From: Lobosporangium transversale
Lineage: Eukaryota
Length of the DNA stretch: 64,000 nt
NCBI RefSeq assembly: GCF_002105155.1
Contig: NW_019028999.1
Location: 248,001-312,000, forward strand
Reading direction: 5' to 3'
Numbering within the stretch: the stretch's first letter is position 1; each line of letters starts with the position of its first letter. The notes beneath the pieces are model-generated. The model did not search any database. It was given only the letters and a program-made list of their open reading frames with translations, and was not told the origin of the DNA. Positions 52,861-64,000 of the stretch are shown here, in pieces. Made by a program: the position numbers and the translations under genes.

Positions 52861-54029
52861 ATGCAATTCATACAAGGTGTTCGCGTCTCACGCGCATTTA
52901 CCTCTAGAAGCACCTTTTCGTCATGCTTCCAACAATTACAATTCCAAACACGAACTACAGCCGGGACTACCTGGAGGCAAACTGTTAGGAGCATGGCAAC
53001 AGAACAACCTAAAAGCAACAATGGCTCACAGAAACCTTTTGCCAACACTGGTGCTTTGGCACACCATACTGACAAGAAGCAGTGGAAGGATCTTACAACG
53101 CCAGAAAAGGGTTTGTTAAAACTATTTATAGGCGCTTAACTGCAGTTGTTTTATTATTCTCCTTCAATCCCGATATCTGACCACAGATCTTTCATATCGC
53201 ATTTGTCGTATTTAGTGGTAACGGCAACCAAAGCAACAACTAACTACACTGTCGTCGCCGTAGGAGTTCTTCTTGTTGGTAAGTTAGACTAAAGCGTCTG
53301 ACTGATTTGTTATTATCATTGAAGCTTATCGACTTTGAAGCAACAATAGTAATAATAATAATATATATCAACTGTCATTGTAGGCGCCATCGGATACGCG
53401 ATTGTCACCGAATTGTTTGGAGCCAATAGTGATACGCATATCTTTGGTGATGCATTGGAAAAGGTCCGAAAGAATGAAAAGCTCCAGGAAATTATTGGAT
53501 CACCCATGAAGGGTCATGGCGAGCCATCCTCTAGCAAAAGACGTAGAAATCGTCGAATTCAGTATGTCTTTTTGTTATATTCTGTTTAGTGCATAGCCAT
53601 ACATGACCCAGGGCGTGGCCCAAAATGACATATCCTCACATCAACTCTCACGCTATGCACAAAAAAAAAGTTCACAAGTAGTTTTGGATGTCGAAGGCAA
53701 GGAGCATTTGTTGATGAGATTCTATGTTGAAGGCCCGGATAACGAGGGAACAGCACACCTGGAAATGGTTAAGGATCGACATAATAATTGGGAATATAAG
53801 TATCTCTTTGTCGACATTCCAGGTAAGAAAAGAGCAAAAAAATAAGAATAGAAAGACTCTGTATCTCAGGCCCTAAAGAAGCATTAGAAAAGATGAAGAT
53901 TGAAAGAATTTTATTTTATTTTATTTATTTATTTTCTCTGATACATTCACAGGTGGAGTCAGGCCTGCACAGCGTATTTTTGTAGAATATAACAAGAACG
54001 CTGGACAGCCTGCGATTGAGGACAAGTGA
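52861..54029 (+). CDS. TIM21: Mitochondrial inner-membrane translocase subunit Tim21, multi-exon
   Basis: Presequence-like N-terminus; WKDLTTPEK, TM segment, GSPMKGHGE..RRNRRI, MRFYVEGP..GTAHLEM..WEYKYLFVD. Confidence 0.9.
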
Positions 54030-54335
54030 AACTATGTACCTTATTAGTTTGTTCGGACGCCAACGAGCGGGACTCGTCTGAGCTTCATAAAATGACATCA
54101 GAAATGCCAAACAATAAACATATGTTTTTCAGTCCCGCAGTTTGAATATGGGGTTCACGGAGAGAGAATGTTCAAAGTATAAAGTTCGGAATATGCTCAG
54201 AATAGAGATTTTTTTTTTTTTTTTTTTTTTTTTTGCGTCATGAAAAAGATATTCTCTTTCACCATTTCTTTTCATATTCTCATTACCCTCATTCTCCCAC
54301 GCATCCACACTCATTCATACCCCGGCCTTTTCACC

Positions 54336-57093
54336 ATGGCTCCCCGAAAGAGGAATAAGGCACCTAAGCAATCCAATAGCTACAACAATGATACGGATAC
54401 GGTCAATGGAGTAGAGGACGATCACTCAAAAAAGTGTAGTGATACCGCACAGGAAATCGAGGAAGCTCTTACCAAGCTATCTAATACTCTTCCCATAGAC
54501 TCCAAACTCAGAGTACGGCATCCCTCCCTCAGCAGGAATCCTTCTGTTGCAGATTATCTCCATCGAGCACTCTTTGTGCCTGATCCAGACTCACAGGAAC
54601 TCAAGAGAAAACATGCCCCACCCGGGACCCGACGTCGAGTCGTTCTGTTGTTTGGTATTCTTATAGGGATGGCCCTTGCTACATTATTGATGCAGCAGAC
54701 CAGAGACGCGGCATACATCGAGGCATTCTCGCATTACTTCCAGGACTTTGATCTTGCTTCGATGGTACCTACCGGAATGATTCCTGAAGAGTTTATTGGG
54801 AATGTATCCGCGATGTTCAAACCCGAAATTTTGACAGAAGAGCAATTTTACCCAGGGGAGGAGCTAAGGGTGAAGTATGGCTATAGACCAAAGTATCCTG
54901 TAAATGTCCTTCCCAATTTATGCCGTTTTCATCTGTATCATTTATTACCAAGTATGACTTTGACCTTTTAGCTCCTTATCAATGAGATTCTCGTTATGGC
55001 TGACCATCCATATCATTCCTAATGCGTTTAGGTAACTATGATTCCTGGAATTGTTTCGACGGGCCTTGAGTCTTGGTCAACAACCCATAATTGCTCTCAA
55101 AAATACTTTCGCAAGCGCATGTGGGGAACCACAAGTATGTGATGTGGTTTACCTGCCCAACCAATATAACCCTCTCTTCTTTTCGGACCAAGTCACTGAC
55201 TTGAACTTTTACTTCGTTTTGTTACGATATATGATAGCCATGTTCAAAGCTGTCCTTCTGGACAAAGAATGCTGGATCACTAACATGCGGCTGGACTCAG
55301 CAACAGGACTTGATCCCGAAGGAGTTCGCTTGCGTGCAGCTCAGGGCCTTGAGGCTGCAGATTATCTTGTGCCTGGGTAGGGAGCGATTGCAGGAACAAG
55401 TTTGTTATTTACATGTGAAAAAAGGAAAACATCCATGAATGAACGTCAATTGATTGTTATAAGTATCACATTAATAGATACTGGGTATGGGCGCCGATTA
55501 TCAAGGTACGCATTGGCCACTTGAAAATCGCTTTGTACCACTAGCCTTCACGACAGGAATGCACAATGCAATGTTCAAAATTATTTATGCATTTTTTTTT
55601 TTGCTTTCCCGCACCTTCTAGAACCTGGCAGCAATTGGTTATGACAACAACAATATGTATCTCGCCGCATACGATTGGAGACTCGCCTTTTCTAATCTGG
55701 AAGTTCGAGATAACTACTTCTCTCGCCTAAAATCTAGCCTGGAAATGTCTCTCAAGATCACAGGCGAAAAGCATGTCCTTGTAGCTCACTCCATGGGTTC
55801 CCTTGTCCTCTACTATTTTTTCAAATGGGTTGAATCTGATTTGGGAGGAAAAGGTGGTCCAAACTGGGTTAGGGATCATGTCCATTCATTTGTCAATATT
55901 GCAGGGCCCATGCTGGGTGTTCCCAAGACATTAGCAGCTGTGCTCTCTGGAGAGGTTCGCGATACCGCTCAACTTGGCGTCGTCAGCGCATACGTCTTGG
56001 AAAAATTCTTCTCGAGGCGTGAACGTGCAGATCTGTTCAGGAGTTGGGGAGGTCTCTCCAGCATGATCCCCAAGGGTGGAGATCGTGTCTGGGGGTCAAT
56101 CAAAGGAGCGCCTGACGACGGAACTCATGACGAAGAAGAGACACTTGTTAAGGAAAAGATCGCGAAGCATGAAGAAGTGCCTGATGCAATAAGTAAAAAA
56201 AAGCGGAGTGATCGGAAGTCACCCACGTTCGGGGCTATGCTTGCATTCGCACAAGGCTCTAATATGGATCATCATACCATGGACGACAGTATGCAATTGT
56301 TATCAAAGATGGCAGGCAATGACTTTAATACAATGTTGACCAAGAATTACACAGTGGGTGCGTCTGTAACTCAGGCACAGATGGACAAGACAAACAAATT
56401 ACCGACAAGTTGGTCTAATCCTTTGGAAGCTTCACTGCCTAATGCGCCAAACATGAAGATATACTGCCTGTATGGTGTGGGAAAGTCGACAGAGAGAAGT
56501 TATACCTACAACCGTATGAGTGATTTTACGCCACCAATTTTGGATCAGAGACCAGGCAACGTGTCAGACGAGACCGGCAGAGTCCCCAATATCTATATCG
56601 ATACCAGTGTTCATGATGACAAATTGGGTATTAGCTATGGTGTTCATCAAGGAGACGGGTATGTGTTGATCTATCACAGGAAATATTTAATGACACCCAC
56701 ATTCACATGAAAATCTAAAATCTACATTCACTCTTGTGACTAATTATTATTCCTATTTTGTTGGGTTGTTGCACGAATGGTATACATGGACTTGGAAATA
56801 GTGATGGCACTGTCCCCTTATTGTCGACAGGATACATGTGCGTGGAAGGTTGGAAGAAGAAGTTGTATAACCCTGCAGGTATAAAGGTCATCACGCGTGA
56901 ATTTACTCACCACAGCAGCCCCTCGCCTGTGGATATTCGAGGTGGGAAGAGGACAGCAGACCATGTTGATATTCTGGGTAATTATCAAGTAACGAGGGAT
57001 TTACTTGCCATCGTAGCTGGACGCGATGGTGAAGGTTTGGAAGAACAGATCTTTTCCAAGATCCGTGAGTACTCTACCAAGGTAGACCTGTAA
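54336..57093 (+). CDS. LRO1: Phospholipid:diacylglycerol acyltransferase (LCAT family), multi-exon
   Basis: MIPGIVSTGLESW, RAAQGLEAAD, AAYDWRL, AHSMG, NPLE..LP.APNMKIYCLYGVGKSTER, GDG|DGTV, DHVDILGN. Confidence 0.96.
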
Positions 57094-57254
57094 TCACCCC
57101 CCTCACTCACTTGACGCCTGAGTGTCCTAATGGACGTAAAAATAAAATAAGATAAAAAAAATTAAATAACAATTTCAGATTGTTCCCCTTAATGAATCTC
57201 GGCAAATATTTTAATCGTTTTCTGTCAAATTTCGCATTCATATTATTGACAACA

Positions 57255-58258
57255 ATGTCAGATCTCGAACGCTCTCATTCAGATCATTCTCCAGCTGATG
57301 CGCAGACGGAGGATGGCGATGATATCTGGGAGGATGGCGACAATGTGTCATATGACCGTGCGATAGCCGAAAAAGAATGGTCCCGCATGAACGACACATT
57401 TGGCAATGTAAGGAATATGACAAAAAGTAATTAGTTTGTTTGACAACAGCTTAAGGAGTGTGTTCTAGTAATGACAGATAGCGTTGCTTGGATAGACTGG
57501 ATATAGAGAGGGTATTGAGGAAGGCAAAGAAAATACACTGCAACAAGGATTCAATCAAGGGTGGTCAGAGGGCGTACATTATGGATATGAGTTAGGCAGA
57601 CTCCGTGGCCTGATCAGGTTAGAAAAAGAGTGCTTCATGAGCTTCAAATATGAGATATTCAAAATCTTTTTCTTAATCAGCCCTCTTCATCTCTTTTTCT
57701 CGCTATTCCTTTCTTTAACGCAAAAAAAAAAAAAAAAAAAAAAGCCCGCTGATCGAGCATATAAAGTCGTCATTATCATCCACGTTGATCGGTGGCGAGT
57801 TGAACAGCCCCCAAGATAACGAATTATGGATTCAAAAAGCTGGCGAGCTTGTCATGGAACTGATTGAACTAGATATTTCCAAGGTTTTTGACAAAGCATT
57901 CTTTGATGACAGTGGCAGGACTTTTAATGAGGTCATTTCTAAAAAAACGAGAGAAACAGCAACAAATTGCTGTGGAGGAGGAATGGTTTCAACTCAAAAT
58001 TCGTGTTGTAAGAATGAGACATGTTGTGCTGAGGAGGTATCGCCAGCAGAAGTGCGGACATGTGTATCATCATCGTCAGTAGCAGAAGGTTATTGCGGTG
58101 CTAAAAATGATGAACCGTCTTCATCTTTTAAAAAGTGTGATGATTTACTGAAGAAATGGTCTTCAAGGCCTGAGCAAGTAATTAAGGAATACCGTTCAAG
58201 AGTCCGTGATTTGCTAATGGAGGTTGGGCTTGAATCTTTACTTGATGATATCGTTTAA
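57255..58258 (+). CDS. YAE1: Yae1-like protein (deca-GX3 motif) with a Cys-rich insertion; 2 introns
   Basis: GYREGIEEGKENTLQQGFNQGWSEGVHYGYELGRLRGLI (~57499-57617). Confidence 0.8.
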
Positions 58259-58421
58259 AGAAAGGAAGAAATGACGGAGCAGTTATAGAGATGATATAAA
58301 AAATGGCATTGCTGCACCTCAAACACATATAATGAACCTAAACATACGTGTAAAGGTCTTATCTTTCTTTTCATCCAGTCATGCTAACTTAATTTAGCCG
58401 AGCAGAACAGATGATATGGAT

Positions 58422-60075
58422 CTAACTACTTGTCACGACAGGTTTAATGAACACAGTCGTGATGTATTTTTTCCGGTATCTTGAGGTTACACTGATGCTC
58501 AATACTCCTTCCTTAACCGAGCATGCATATAAATGATTCAAAACAACATGGTTGGGAACAGGAAGCACTGAATTATCTTCCTTGGATGGTACATTATTGA
58601 GGATAACTTTTTCCAAATGAGGGGGTAGAGCCGGTGGCGGATCATCTGAAATTGTGGGTGAATAAGGTGGGAACATTTTTGAAGAGGATATTCGCGTGTT
58701 ATTTGAGTCCTGTGCCATGTTGATGGACGTCAGAGGCAAGAGTGCGTCACCTCCTGAGGAACCTATAGGTGAGGAGTCTCCAGATTGAGCATACAAAGGG
58801 ATTTGATCTGTATACGATCCTGCAGGTGATCCATTGATCGGGGAATCTATAGGAATAATAGATTTAGAATGTTAAAAGATGATCCTTGGGAAGCAAACAT
58901 TTGTATATGGTTTGACAGAATGATAATTTACCATGTCCACCCTCAAGTTCATCTTGTTCTTCGTCTGCTACCTCCAAAAAGTTGACCAGATTTCCTTCAG
59001 CATCTGTCGCCGCCGACAATTCTGTAGAACACTTCCACTCATCATCCACAATAAATTTGATCCGATGTGTTCCAGGTGGTAAGTTTAATACCGTGGAAAA
59101 GTCATTTGTACTTTGCAATCGATAGAATAGAATGTGCAATGGCATTAGATTCATTTTTTCTTTTTTCTTTTTTCTTTTTTCTTTGGCTCCGTTAATTTTG
59201 CTTCGTTAGTTCTTACCTCTTATTAAGACGAACTTTTTGCTTCCAGTTATTAAATGTTCCTGTAACATAGACATTTGTACCGCCTTGACTCCATGTAATG
59301 ATCGTTGGAACATACTCGTCCTCTCCAAAACCTAAAAGAGACTGGAATCAATATGCCAATTTTTTGATATATATAAAAAAAGAAAAAGGCTTCGTAAAAC
59401 GAGAGCCCACTCACCCTCATGTGAATCATCCACACTCTTGAGAGGATCCACAGAATCAAAGGCGCGTGAGATTCTGGCGGAGTTGCGGTATCTGGCCTTA
59501 CTTTCCGCAGAGTTTTGCATACGTTGATATTCCAGCTTGTCCTGGTGCGCGGCAGTGGCCAAGAGCACTTGCTCATTATAGGCATCCGTGTAATTCCCAA
59601 ATGGCAGCTGATTACTACTTATCAGGGACGATGCTCTCCTCCTTGTACCTCCTCCAGGTAACGAACTTTTTTGCTGTTGTTGTCGTTGCTGGAAATGTTC
59701 ATCCCCGACAGCAATAGGGTAAGAGGAATCACTTCCCAAAGGAGATGATGCTGCTGGTGAGTCATTGAGATATTGCTCTTTCACATAGGGAAACCGTGGC
59801 CGGAGGGCGCCTCCTTCGACAGGGATAGGGGCAACGGGTATTGTAGAAGGATTGATTGAGTCCTGTGGACCCAATGGTATCTGTCCAGAACGAGAATCTG
59901 TTGAAGAGAAGGCATGGGGCGAAGAGGCATGACGTTGGTGTGTTTGATAGTTGCTATTGTATTGATTTTGATGATGCTGTTGCCTCTGATAAGGATTGTT
60001 GGTAAAGGTGATGGACTCAACAGCGGGGTTCGTTTCGCCTGCGTTGTTTTCAGTTGTAGAAGGAGTGTTCCCCAT
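58422..60075 (-). CDS. SNF1/AMPK beta subunit (Gal83/Sip2 family), multi-exon
   Basis: Myristoylation start MGNTPS; CBM48 GTHRIKFIVDDEW; ASC domain PPALPPHL..PNHVVLNHLYACS..RYRKKYITT. Confidence 0.94.
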
Positions 60076-60383
60076 TTACGGACGAAGAGAGATCTGTTAT
60101 AGGATATAGAGTGAAAAGGGGACAAGAAAGGAATGGTGATGGTAACGGCGACAGCAGCGAAGAGAATGAGTAACAATCCTTGGTTCTAACAGATAAATAT
60201 CCTTTGCCTTGTGTTTCTCAAATAACACAGACCTTTTCTCACCCAACAAAGTTCTTTTTCCACCAACCATCAACCACCTTCGGCACTCCGCGTGTTTTGT
60301 GGGGAGCAGTCACAACAAATATTTTAAGAACGTTTCGTCTCCAGCGTCCCCAGTAAACATTGTCAAGACAAGGAACGACCTAA

Positions 60384-62056
60384 ATGGACAACGACAACTC
60401 GCTTGAAAAGTCTAAAAAGCAGCAAAGGTTACAGCCTGTTACTAGTTCAGTGGAACATACGCCTCAACAGCATAAATCTCAACAGCATTCACCTCAACAA
60501 CAAACACCTCAACAGCATACTCCTCATACACCTCTTGTAACATACACGCCTCATACCCATACATTCCACACGCCTCATACGCCTCACACACCTCCTAGAT
60601 CTTCCACTCGCCCCAAAAGTATATCTTCTAGTGCAACATTATCATCAGGAGTAAAGCATTTTGTCAAAAGAATAGGGAAATGGGCCGTTGGTTTGGCATA
60701 CCAAGATTTAGCTCTCTAATTTTTATCTGCTATTTATCAATCATATTATCTGATAGTCAAGGTCGAGGATACCGAGCCTTGTCAATGCTACAGCCACATT
60801 TAATATCAGGCATCACACAGCAGGTGATAGTACAACGCCCGTGTCTCCGAAATCCACTACTCCTATTAACAATTCTAGATCCGATGCAAAAATTGATTTT
60901 TCAGACCTTGTAGCTGTCGACTCACCCGTTCTGGGTCGGATCAAGAGCCTTGAAATCGATTTACGGCAGCATCGTGACTCAGAGACACAGCTTCAGAGGC
61001 GAATTCGGGCAGCCCGACAAGAGTTAGTCAAATCAAGGGACGAACACCAACAATTCATGCGATCTGGCGAAGAGCAACTCAAGTATTTGGATCAGGGCAA
61101 CGAAGATTTACATGCTCGGTCACTTGCTAATAGTGCACAATTACAGGAGCTTTGGGGGAAAGAACGTGAACTTCAAGAGAGATTGGACAAATTGAATGAT
61201 GAAATTTTAAAATATAAATATGATTTCTTGCAAGCCAAGGAAGGTTGGGAGCAAGTTCGGGCAGATAGAGATGAAACAGACAGGGATGAGCTGAAATACG
61301 TCCGGGCGAAACAAACAGTGTTGAGTGAAGACATCAAAGAGACCTCGGAGCTGTTAGCGGAAGTCCAAAAGCAAATGAACTGCATGGAGGCAGAGTTTGG
61401 CGACGAACCAGTGGAAAAGCTGAGGCAGGAGCTTCAGGAGAAACGCCAGAGGGCGGAGCAACTGGAGGTTTTGCTTGCAAAATTAAAGAGTGCTATGGAA
61501 GTGGAGGAGAAGAGTGCCGATGAACTGGTAAAGTGTCAACAAAATGATCTTTATGGTTTATTTTATTTTTCTTCGTATTTCATAATTTATGTCCCCTTAA
61601 TGTACAGATTTTACTTATGCTTCATTTTCAATAACTTTTTTCTTTCTCTCTGTAATTTTGGGATTTCATATTCGTAGATCTTTATGTTTGAGAAAGTGTA
61701 TGAGAGACGTATTCGTACATACGCCGCTGAGTGCGCAGAAGAGCTTGCTTTTGAAGAAAAAATGGAAAGGTTCGTGCTCAGTTTCGAGATATCTATGTCC
61801 TTGCTTTGCCTACAGTATAATCTATTCTAACCGTCAAAGTTCTTTCCTCTCTGCTATTAGGGAAAGAGATCAAGAGGCGAATGCCGCGTTGGAGGAATAT
61901 CTTCGTATGAATCAATTGTCAATTGAAGCAGAAGAGGAAGCCAGTCGGGAAGAATTTAATTTGCTTACTGAGAAGGAAGAGTTATCTCGCTTAGAATCAA
62001 CGCTCCATGCTCTCAAGATAGAATTATCTACGCGATCCAACAGTATTGCTACGTAA
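60384..62056 (+). CDS. Uncharacterised coiled-coil protein with an HTP/QHTP-repeat N-terminus, multi-exon
   Basis: Adjacent ORFs with long E/Q/L/K heptad-like content, separated by AT-rich GT-AG intervals; exact junctions tentative. Confidence 0.65.
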
Positions 62057-62570
62057 ATGGCTATGTAAATTGTAACTATTGCGGTGCTTTTGTTCTTTAT
62101 TCACTCCGGAACTTCGCTGTCCTCTCATCGTGCAGATAAAAAACATGCTGTACAAGCCTGGGACATATACATACGGCAATGCCCATTTGATCTTTCTCTC
62201 TTGTTTAGTGCGTGCATTCTCCTTCATCAGCTCCCTTGATGAAGAAAATGAAACATAGAAATAAAGAATGAAAAAAGAAAACTGTGTCTATGAATGGAAT
62301 GTTGAATGTGATAAAATAATAATAACAATAATAAAAATAAAAAATCAGAGAATGTATGCTAAGGATAGTGATAAACAGATGGTAGTATCAAAACTCGGAA
62401 ATAGATTGAGAACGATAAAAGATAAAAAGCTAATATGAAGCTTGGATATTGGAAAAAGAAACACAGAGTGTGTGAGAGAGATCGTGTGGATGTGGTGAAG
62501 GCGGAAACTGTGAGCGTGGAAGATGAAAATGAGGACACAACCTGAAATACGTGTAATATACTCTTATACT

Positions 62571-63766
62571 TTAGACAGTCCATGGTTCGGCCTTAGGAGT
62601 AGAATCATGATGGCTCTGGAACTCGAGTGTTCCATGAATATTAGCAGATCGCTTGAGAGTACGACTAATATCAGTCAATAAAAAAAAAAAAGTGTAAACA
62701 TCACAAAATTCATAACACCTTGATTTCTGAAGATTGTTAGGCCTTTTTTTAGTTTAAAGTCATACCCAATGTTCATGACGATCTCCTGGTTGTCGGAAGA
62801 TCGTGTCCACAATGCTATCCTAAAAAATGCCTTTCGAACAGATACAACAGCGCCACACACCTCGTTCTCATGCTCAAATGCCTCGCCAATACATGCAAGC
62901 ATCTAAATGTGGAGAAATCGTTACACATTATAATCCAGGAGTTAGAGCATGTTTTGGCTCAAAAAGAAAAAAAGAAAAAAAAAAACTAAGTGCTGATCAT
63001 AAATCATATCAATCCTTACAGTATACAGCCAAATATTATCAATCTCGCTTATAGTCTTGTTTCGAGGAAGCTGAATGCTCCATTTTCCACCCCGCTTATT
63101 GGCAGGATCCTCCCACATGGGCTTGATTCCCTGTTTGAACAGATGATAGTTGGAGTTGATCGCCAAATCACATGCCTTCATAACATTGTTATACACCCTA
63201 AAAAATCGTTTATCCAAAATGTATGTTAATATAAATAATAATACAGCTATATATATATATATATATGGTATTAAATACTAAGGTGGCACGATTTAGGACC
63301 GCTGTGTGGATCACAGAAAGGATCTTGCCTTCTGTGTAGATGAATCATTACAAAAATAGCAATTGGTTTTATCATGCAAGCTATTCATTTGCAGCCAAGA
63401 AATGCTGGTCAACAGATCAATGGTAATGATTATGAATCAGCCGCAGTCAAATGAGTGGGTTCGTGCGCAGAGTTGGCACAGCACTAGCGTCTTCCATGAA
63501 GAGAAATATAAAAATAAAAGGAAGCCAATGTTTACTGCTTACCCCCAAAAATCTTCAACTGTCTCGACAGTGATGAGCTCCTTGAGCGACTGTTCCCAAG
63601 TATTGGGATTGGTTTTCTTTCCAGGATTGTCAAACCATAGAGTCCACGAGTTGTTTAGTGGATGCTTGACGTTAAAGTTGACTGGGTCATTAAAAACCGT
63701 AACATATTTTGTATTTTCGGTAGGGACAGCAAGAGTGTTGTTATTATCACTGTCGTGCTGAGCCAT
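62571..63766 (-). CDS. EIF4E: Translation initiation factor eIF4E, multi-exon
   Basis: KHPLNNSWTLWFD, VEDFWG, YHLFKQGIKPMWEDPANKRGGKW, IGEAF, CGAVVSVRK..RIALWT. Confidence 0.97.
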
Positions 63767-64000
63767 GGTTAAATGAAGTGATTAGATGTCAGAAATGAGA
63801 ACAAGAAGGAACAATGAACAAAGGATCGCGTAAAAAATGTGTATACGAGATGTGGAAAAGATTTAGGAAGAAAAGAAAGATCACTAAAAAAAATGTTATT
63901 TTTTCAGGTTTTTGTGACTGCGTCTATTCTAAAATGAGCAAATTCTAATTTAGAGCATTGTGCGGATCGCCCTGCTGACTCCTCCGACCCATGCCGGCGC

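Overview
Gene-dense eukaryotic window with many introns, from an early-diverging fungus. Mucoromycota, most likely Mortierellaceae, is inferred from gene content, intron style and long A/T homopolymers. It holds about 22 protein-coding genes: exportin-7 (3' end), penta-ubiquitin, SF3B4, a CoA-binding protein, prolyl aminopeptidase, a membrane-anchored BAG-like repeat protein, a winged-helix+SET protein, a C2H2 protein, 5'-nucleotidase, a pseudokinase-ankyrin protein, a KH protein, a UBL-BAG protein, a DUF4097-like protein, GAPDH, Pol eta, Rheb, SmG, Tim21, PDAT, Yae1, AMPK beta, a coiled-coil protein and eIF4E. Several decayed accessory elements that the ORF track misses sit between these genes: a 1.5-kb cluster of nested inverted repeats (1257-2744), a Tc1/mariner transposase relic (6065-7050), and a frameshifted, intron-containing TnpB/Fanzor-like relic (16285-17950) head-to-head with a MULE/SWIM transposase fragment (18095-18780). 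I recognised no rRNA, tRNA or CRISPR array. All family calls come from reading motifs by eye, not from database searches.
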